Below are positions 1 through 5,064 of a stretch of 32,000 bases of DNA, piece after piece. Every line of letters starts with the position of its first letter. Positions within the stretch are counted from its first letter, which is position 1. The notes below the pieces were generated by a model that did not search any database, was not told the origin of the DNA, and worked only from the letters and a program-made list of their open reading frames with translations. Source of the stretch: Idiomarina loihiensis L2TR (GTDB taxonomy: Bacteria; Pseudomonadota; Gammaproteobacteria; Enterobacterales; Alteromonadaceae); NCBI RefSeq assembly GCF_000008465.1, contig NC_006512.1, positions 2,700,001-2,732,000 on the forward strand. The letters are read 5' to 3'. Made by a program: the position numbers and the translations under genes.

Positions 1-80
1 GCAAAAATCTGGCTGCTAAGATCATCGGTTTTCAAGTCTTTAGGGATGACAAACTTCAACGTAAAGTCATATTCATTCAT
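1..80 (-). CDS. truncated hypothetical protein (5' end only; the rest lies left of the window)
   Basis: The minus strand reads AAGGAG-N9-ATG AAT GAA TAT GAC TTT... (MNEYDFTLKFVIPKDLKTDDLSSQIF) and stays open to the window edge. An in-frame ATG at 89 abuts the SD directly and is a less likely start. No family can be assigned from 26 residues. Confidence 0.4.
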   Translation of the reverse strand, partial: MNEYDFTLKFVIPKDLKTDDLSSQIF

Positions 81-114
81 TGTCGTCATCTCCTTTAATC
101 ATCTCAGTAACAGA

Positions 115-143
115 AGAATAGAGCTCAACCCTATGGTTGTCAA
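115..143 (-). promoter_or_regulatory. predicted sigma70 promoter for the truncated leftward gene (TTGACA-17-TATTCT)
   Basis: The minus strand reads TTGACA (143..138), a 17-nt spacer, then TATTCT (120..115). This lies ~20 nt upstream of the AAGGAG SD at 95..90. The -35 lies inside the 24-bp palindrome. Confidence 0.4.
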
Positions 144-155
144 TTGACAACCATA
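132..155. promoter_or_regulatory. perfect 24-bp palindrome TATGGTTGTCAA|TTGACAACCATA, a candidate operator
   Basis: I read this directly: 132-143 is the exact reverse complement of 144-155. It contains TTGACA on both strands and lies between the divergent genes ending at 80 (-) and starting at 272 (+). Confidence 0.5.
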
Positions 156-271
156 AGTTTAATGGCACACCTCTTGCTGTTTCTTATCCAAAAGCACCGT
201 TAACGCATAAATAATGCGCTAAACAGGCAAGCTTTTGCCACCCGGCAGGCAACTTTTGGTATGGAGGAATC

Positions 272-940
272 ATGAACATTAACTCATTAATCAACAGCGT
301 AAGCCAGTCAACACCTGCAATGACTAAGAGTGAAACGAATCAAGAACCACTTGATAACAAGGCTGAACAGAAAAAAACACAAGAAGAGAAAGAGACATTA
401 ATAGACAAAGCTTATCGCAGCATGCTGCTGAACCGCATGGGTGTTGATACCGAAAAGCTCGAAGAAATTGAGCAGAAAATAGAAGAGCTGGAAAGTAAAG
501 AAAACCTGAACAAAGAAGAAAAGGACAAACTTGAAAGCTTAATGTCAGCCCGAGACCAGCTTTTTGAAGATGCTATGCGCCGCCAGGCTGAAGGCGGCAA
601 TGACGGTAAACAACCCGTTAGTCCTGGCGATATTCAAAAAATTATAACCGAGGACTTTAACCCACGGGACATATCACCTAACGACATGAGTAAGCTTGCA
701 AATCAGTTGTTTGAGGCCGGTGCAATTAGCTCGCAGCAACGCAATCGCATAGATTTTCACACGGCTAAAACCGATCAGCAAAACACCTTAATGTCAGAAC
801 CAGAGCAAATTGACCCGGATGAACCCATGAACTTTGTGAAGCATTGGCAGGATCGCGTCAAAGCCAACGAACACTTCGACGCGTCACCACAGGAAAAGGC
901 GTTAGCCCAGGGTGTATTGGACGTTTTGCGGCAAGTCTAA
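272..940 (+). CDS. hypothetical acidic protein, predicted coiled-coil N-terminal half
   Basis: 222-aa ORF with the SD GGAGG 5 nt upstream of the ATG. A Glu/Lys-rich heptad-like stretch (EKLEEIEQKIEELESKENLNKEEKDKLESL) is present. I see no signal peptide and no motif I recognise. The stop overlaps the stop of the convergent yafO-like gene by 3-4 nt. Confidence 0.6.
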   Translation: MNINSLINSVSQSTPAMTKSETNQEPLDNKAEQKKTQEEKETLIDKAYRSMLLNRMGVDTEKLEEIEQKIEELESKENLNKEEKDKLESLMSARDQLFEDAMRRQAEGGNDGKQPVSPGDIQKIITEDFNPRDISPNDMSKLANQLFEAGAISSQQRNRIDFHTAKTDQQNTLMSEPEQIDPDEPMNFVKHWQDRVKANEHFDASPQEKALAQGVLDVLRQV

Positions 941-1335
941 TACCGATTACGGAATTTTTCTGCCATTATTCCTAGGGGTAGCATAACCGCACTGCTCCAT
1001 GCTTTGTTGTGAGCAGGAGGATCAAGAATTATCATAAGCAAATAGCAGTTGGGCGTCATAGCTGCCGGACAATAGACTAAGTGCGTATCACTTTTCTTAG
1101 CAAACTGAATGCAATGCAAAGGCCAAGGCTCATCGGGATCTTGTAGATGCAAATGCATTACTTCATTGTCACGAAGAACCGGGAAGGTATCTGGATGATC
1201 ATAGCGTTCATCGCGCCCGAACAGGTCAGGCACGCCCTCGCCACTTTTATAGCGCTTAAAGTCTTTTACTAATGCATCCAGTTCAATATCAGTTAATTGC
1301 TGACGAATCTGTTTGCTCTTAAAAACCCGAATCAC
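937..1335 (-). CDS. yafO: YafO-family type II toxin (ribosome-dependent mRNA interferase)
   Basis: MIRVFKSKQIRQQLT...DLFGRDERY...THLVYC...GIMAEKFRNRY aligns along its full length with my recollection of E. coli YafO (MRVFKTKLIRLQLT...DIFGRDALY...AHLVYC...GKMAEAFRMRF). The GTG start overlaps the stop of the upstream antitoxin gene (GTGA). Confidence 0.85.
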   Translation of the reverse strand: MIRVFKSKQIRQQLTDIELDALVKDFKRYKSGEGVPDLFGRDERYDHPDTFPVLRDNEVMHLHLQDPDEPWPLHCIQFAKKSDTHLVYCPAAMTPNCYLLMIILDPPAHNKAWSSAVMLPLGIMAEKFRNRY

Positions 1336-1625
1336 TCTTCAAAGTCATCCAGATCAGACTTTTTCGCTTCAGCTAAAAGCTTCTCTGCTTCGGCACTAAT
1401 AGCCTTTAGCCGCGCTGTCGTCGGCCTAAAAAGGGACTCTACTTTAGGGTTACAGGCTTCCAACTGGCGTACCATAGCTTCAAATAACTCAGCACCTACC
1501 ATGTAACCAGCGGTTTTATTGTGGGAAAGTACCGCCACAGGCTCAGCTTCAAAATACTGGCAGGGGTGTTTGCGCACGTCACTGGCAGATACCGTTTTTT
1601 CAGCCAATATAGTTTGTGTGTTCAT
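1332..1625 (-). CDS. yafN: YafN-like antitoxin (Phd/YefM superfamily)
   Basis: TILAEKTVSASDVRKHPCQYFEAEPVAVLSHNKTAGYMV...RPTTARL...DDFEE matches recalled E. coli YafN (ILAEKSVNITELRKNPAKYFIDQPVAVLSNNRPAGYLL...RPSAARL...NDFKE). The SD GAGG lies 6 nt before the ATG. A 4-bp overlap couples it to yafO. Confidence 0.85.
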   Translation of the reverse strand: MNTQTILAEKTVSASDVRKHPCQYFEAEPVAVLSHNKTAGYMVGAELFEAMVRQLEACNPKVESLFRPTTARLKAISAEAEKLLAEAKKSDLDDFEE

Positions 1626-1659
1626 ACTCTACCTCACCACTTTTACATCTATTGACTAA

Positions 1660-1689
1660 ATTATAGCCATAAAACATACGCAATTACAA
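1660..1689 (-). promoter_or_regulatory. predicted promoter of the yafNO pair (TTGTAA-18-TATAAT)
   Basis: The minus strand reads TTGTAA (1689..1684), an 18-nt spacer, then a perfect TATAAT (1665..1660), ~35 nt upstream of the yafN ATG. Confidence 0.4.
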
Positions 1690-1718
1690 ACAAAATAATA
1701 TACATAAATATGTACAAT

Positions 1719-2861
1719 TTAATTTTCTGTCTGTTTTTTCAAATCACTATTCTGCACTTCAATTTCACTGATGTACTTTGACTGATGCTCGCGTGCGAAC
1801 TGCACAGCTTTATTCGAGGCCTTTAGCGCACTCTCGTTGTTGTCATTCATTGCATAAACCGTTGCCAGGCTGTCCCATAAAACTTCGGACTTGTCGAATA
1901 CCTCAACGCCTTTCTCCAGAATAGTCTGCCCCCAGTCAACTTGGCCTTCATAGGCAGCCTTTAAGCCATACACGTTGTATTGCTGCACCGACATAGGAAA
2001 GTCGTAACCCACCGTCTTTTCGTAATCAGCATAAAACGCCTGCAACTGCTCCAGCGACTTAATTTCGATGTTTGGCACCGCGTTAAACCCACGAAAAACG
2101 GATTTAAGCCCTTCGACATTACCAATTAGTGCCGTGCTGTCATGGGTTTCGTTGGGGAACTGCTTTAACTCCCAGTTAAAAGCCGATTCCGGCTTCGCTT
2201 CCAGCACCTTCAATAAACGCTCATAGCTCTCGGCCATTTCATTAGGCTCATTCGCCATACTGACAAACCAACGTACCGCCGGCTTTTCTGCCTCTTGCTC
2301 TGCCGCTTTTATGTCATTGATAAGCGCAAAGTCATCCCACCAAAGGCTTGGGCTGACCGATATTGCGGCATTGATAAAATCCGAATGGTGAGTCGCCAGA
2401 TAACTGGTGTAGAGCCCCGACAGCGAGTGCCCAGTAACCACCGTATAAGGCGACACTCTGTACTTTTTCTGCAACGCTGGCATAAGCTCATCTTGCAAAA
2501 ACTGGGTGTACTGCTCAGCACCGCCAGAACGGTCAGCGTAGGCTTCCATTTTTGTGTGAGTAAAACGCTTTAAGCGGTTCTTCGCACTGACCCCGACAAC
2601 AATCATTTCCGGCACAATAGAAAACGTACTTAAAAAATTAACGTTACCCGCTATGTGCTCAAACTGCGTTGAGCCGTCCATAACCAGCAGCACCGGATAC
2701 TGAAAGCTGTCTGAATGCTCATAGCTTTCCGGCAACGCAACCCGCGCCGTTATCCCTTCATCAAGGAGCTTAGACTTCATAGTGAAGATTTCGGACGCGT
2801 GCGCGATTGTTGCAAAAATACAGGACAAAAACAGAGCTACAACTTTTAAATACAGGTGCAT
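1719..2861 (-). CDS. secreted alpha/beta-hydrolase, putative esterase family, with a helical C-terminal tail
   Basis: Signal peptide MHLYLKVVALFLSCIFATIAHA/SE. YPVLLVMDG and the nucleophile elbow GHSLSG are typical of the 'putative esterase' (enterochelin-esterase-like) fold. The last ~100 aa look TPR-like. Confidence 0.7.
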   Translation of the reverse strand: MHLYLKVVALFLSCIFATIAHASEIFTMKSKLLDEGITARVALPESYEHSDSFQYPVLLVMDGSTQFEHIAGNVNFLSTFSIVPEMIVVGVSAKNRLKRFTHTKMEAYADRSGGAEQYTQFLQDELMPALQKKYRVSPYTVVTGHSLSGLYTSYLATHHSDFINAAISVSPSLWWDDFALINDIKAAEQEAEKPAVRWFVSMANEPNEMAESYERLLKVLEAKPESAFNWELKQFPNETHDSTALIGNVEGLKSVFRGFNAVPNIEIKSLEQLQAFYADYEKTVGYDFPMSVQQYNVYGLKAAYEGQVDWGQTILEKGVEVFDKSEVLWDSLATVYAMNDNNESALKASNKAVQFAREHQSKYISEIEVQNSDLKKQTEN

Positions 2862-2991
2862 GGAGCCTTTAAGTTATTGGTTTGCAGTTACATGATAAAA
2901 CTATTCAGAGGCCACTACAATTGAAGATAATGCTCTACGGCGTTAGGTTAACTATGCTTAATCATTAAACATAACACAGAGCTACTATTAA

Positions 2992-3507
2992 ATGGCAGAT
3001 GTTCATAATACCGAACAACGGCGTAAAAATATGCGAGCCATAAAGTCCAGGGATACGTCGATTGAAATTCAGGTTCGAAGAATACTTTGGCACGCGGGTT
3101 ATCGATACCGCCTGAATGTGAAAGCTCTCCCCGGAAAGCCCGATATCTACCTACCTAAATACCGCGCCGTAATTCAAATCAACGGGTGCCTTTGGCATGG
3201 GCATAACTGTCCACAATTCGTGCTTCCAAAAACGCGAACAGAGTTTTGGAGAAATAAGATTAAAGATAACGTGAGACGCGACTTGAAAAGTGTCGCTGCT
3301 TTACATGATAAAGGGCTGCGGCTGCTTGTAATTTGGGAGTGCGCTCTTCAGGGTAAAGCACGTTTAGATAACCGCTACACTTATAACCTTTTGAATAGGT
3401 GGCTTTCATCGACAGAACTGTTGGCTAATATTGATAAACAAGGCCTTTCTTCGACGACACTATACGAGTTTAAGTCTCAAATAAATCCGTCTTTAACAGA
3501 ATCCTAG
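2992..3507 (+). CDS. vsr: very-short-patch repair endonuclease Vsr (T:G mismatch endonuclease)
   Basis: MADVHNTEQRRKNMRAIKSRDTSIE, GCLWHGHNC, KTRTEFW and LLVIWECAL match recalled E. coli Vsr (MADVHDKATRSKNMRAIATRDTAIE, GCFWHHHHC, ATRTEFW, VLIVWECAL). Confidence 0.93.
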   Translation: MADVHNTEQRRKNMRAIKSRDTSIEIQVRRILWHAGYRYRLNVKALPGKPDIYLPKYRAVIQINGCLWHGHNCPQFVLPKTRTEFWRNKIKDNVRRDLKSVAALHDKGLRLLVIWECALQGKARLDNRYTYNLLNRWLSSTELLANIDKQGLSSTTLYEFKSQINPSLTES

Positions 3508-3750
3508 TTAGCTGTTTATATTACTTTTTTAGCAGCCGAGCAGGCAACTCTTAATGCAGTGGCGTTCCAATGATCTTATCAATTAGCCCTAAGAAGAAGT
3601 TTATCCGAGAATTCGAAAAATAATTTTAGAAAATGGCTAAAAGGGAGGAGACATCCCCATGATATATACTCAACGAAACTGTGAATAGTTCTCCTCAATG
3701 TATAAGAACCTCCTTTGACCTAAAAGCTAATTTTTAAAGCTAAAATACGG

Positions 3751-3779
3751 TTGACTAACGCACTCAATGAGTGCATTAT
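3751..3779 (+). promoter_or_regulatory. predicted promoter of the methyltransferase gene (TTGACT-17-CATTAT)
   Basis: TTGACT at 3751-3756, a 17-nt spacer, CATTAT at 3774-3779, ~25 nt upstream of the ATG at 3805. The TTG used as the ORF start in the track is this -35 hexamer. Confidence 0.45.
3760..3774. promoter_or_regulatory. perfect 6-3-6 palindrome GCACTC-AAT-GAGTGC, a candidate operator for the methyltransferase HTH
   Basis: I read this directly. It lies entirely within the spacer and -10 edge of the predicted promoter. The architecture (15 bp, 6-3-6, AAT centre) resembles the operator recalled for M.SsoII (AGGACA-AAT-TGTCCT). Confidence 0.45.
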
Positions 3780-3804
3780 TCCGGTAGATCAAACTGGAAA
3801 TCAC

Positions 3805-5064
3805 ATGTCAAATATAGAACTTAAACAGCTTCGCGAACGACTTTGTCTGACTCAGTCGCAAGCAGCGTCGTTGGTTCACTCCAGCGTTCGTGCTTGGCAA
3901 CAATGGGAGTCAGGCGAGAGACAAATGCACCCAGCGATTCGGGAACTGTTCACTATCAAAACCAAAACATATCAGCGAGAGAGTCGAACTATGTCATTTG
4001 CCAAGCCAAGTGTTACTTTTAGGGATTTGAAAAAAAATTATCAAGAACTAGCCGAGTCGACTCATAGATCTGAACAGGCGAATGCAAAAGACTCCAGTAT
4101 AAAGTTTATCGATTTGTTTGCCGGTGTGGGCGGGATCAGGTTGGCTTTTGAAAAAGCTGGCGCAGCTTGTGTGTTTTCATCGGAAATAGATACGCATGCA
4201 CAGCTTACTTATTTTACTAATCATGGAACGGTTCCTTATGGTGATATTACCAAGATTGACGCTGACTCAATTCCTTCACATGATATCCTGTGTGCTGGCT
4301 TTCCATGCCAACCTTTTAGCCATATCGGCAGAAGGGAGGGATTTAAGCACCCTACTCAAGGAACTATGTTCCATGAAATTGTTAGGATTGCTGAGAAAAA
4401 GCGGCCAAGAGTTTTATTTCTAGAAAACGTGCCGGGAATTGTGAATCATGACAATGGGAATACTCTAAAAGTAATCCTCGACACGCTCACAGAGCTTGGG
4501 TATGAATGCAACCACACCATTCTGAATGCCAGTGATTTTGGAGTACCTCAGAATCGTAAACGATTTTACCTTGTGGCATTTGACGGTAAGGACTGCGGCT
4601 TTTCCTTCCCCCAACCACCAATGATAAAGGCAGATATCGGAACACTTTTGGAAAAAGGAGCTGAAGGCTATTCAATTTCTGAACACCTGCAGAAAACTTA
4701 CTTATTCAAAAAGGATGATGGCCGTCCGATTTTGATTGACAGAAATACGAAAGGCCCTATGAGGACATTGGTATCTAGTTACCATAAAATTCAGCGCCTA
4801 ACGGGTACATTCGTTAAAGATGGTGAAACAGGTATTCGTCTACTCACAGCGTACGAATGTAAAAAAGCCATGGGCTTTCCTGATGACTTCAAGTTCCCTG
4901 TCTCGCGTACTCAAATGTACAGACAGATGGGCAACTCCGTAGTTATTACAGTGATTGATGCTATTGCTGAAAAGATACTTGAGACCCTTTCTCATAAAAA
5001 GAGCCCTACGGAGAAAAAATCTGAACGCGACATGCCCGAATCTAATCTTGAGGTAGCGATATAG
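3805..5064 (+). CDS. DNA (cytosine-5)-methyltransferase, M.MspI-like (predicted CCGG), with an N-terminal XRE-type HTH
   Basis: Motif I FIDLFAGVGG, motif IV GFPCQPFS, motif VI FLENVPG, motif VIII QNRKRFYLV, motif X MGNSV. The N-terminal LKQLRERLCLTQSQAASLV...WQQWESGERQMHP forms an HTH. The variable region SISEHLQKTYLFKKDDG...HKIQRLTGTFVKDGETGIRLLT is nearly identical to my recollection of M.MspI. With the start at ATG 3805 the product is 419 aa (M.MspI is ~418 aa). Confidence 0.93.
   Translation: MSNIELKQLRERLCLTQSQAASLVHSSVRAWQQWESGERQMHPAIRELFTIKTKTYQRESRTMSFAKPSVTFRDLKKNYQELAESTHRSEQANAKDSSIKFIDLFAGVGGIRLAFEKAGAACVFSSEIDTHAQLTYFTNHGTVPYGDITKIDADSIPSHDILCAGFPCQPFSHIGRREGFKHPTQGTMFHEIVRIAEKKRPRVLFLENVPGIVNHDNGNTLKVILDTLTELGYECNHTILNASDFGVPQNRKRFYLVAFDGKDCGFSFPQPPMIKADIGTLLEKGAEGYSISEHLQKTYLFKKDDGRPILIDRNTKGPMRTLVSSYHKIQRLTGTFVKDGETGIRLLTAYECKKAMGFPDDFKFPVSRTQMYRQMGNSVVITVIDAIAEKILETLSHKKSPTEKKSERDMPESNLEVAI

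Noticed and set aside
1701-1714. The palindrome TACATA-AA-TATGTA upstream of yafNO as a LexA (SOS) box.
   Set aside because: It does not fit CTGT-N8-ACAG. It is short enough (6+6) to occur by chance in AT-rich DNA. It may be a YafN operator, but I cannot support that.
3751-3804. The TTG at 3751 as the start of the methyltransferase (437-aa version in the ORF track).
   Set aside because: TTGACT reads better as a -35 hexamer, with a -10 located 17 nt downstream. ATG 3805 gives a 419-aa product that starts right at the HTH, matching the length I recall for M.MspI. The extra 18 codons include the palindromic operator.
4196-4675. Internal ORFs inside the methyltransferase gene (4196-4423 plus strand, 4487-4675 minus strand), and similar ones inside other genes (2295-2573, 16156-16624, 17319-17555, 18393-18650, 22118-22504, 24699-25034, 28043-29569).
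   Set aside because: They are alternative-frame or antisense ORFs wholly nested in genes whose main frame carries diagnostic motifs. Nothing supports them independently.
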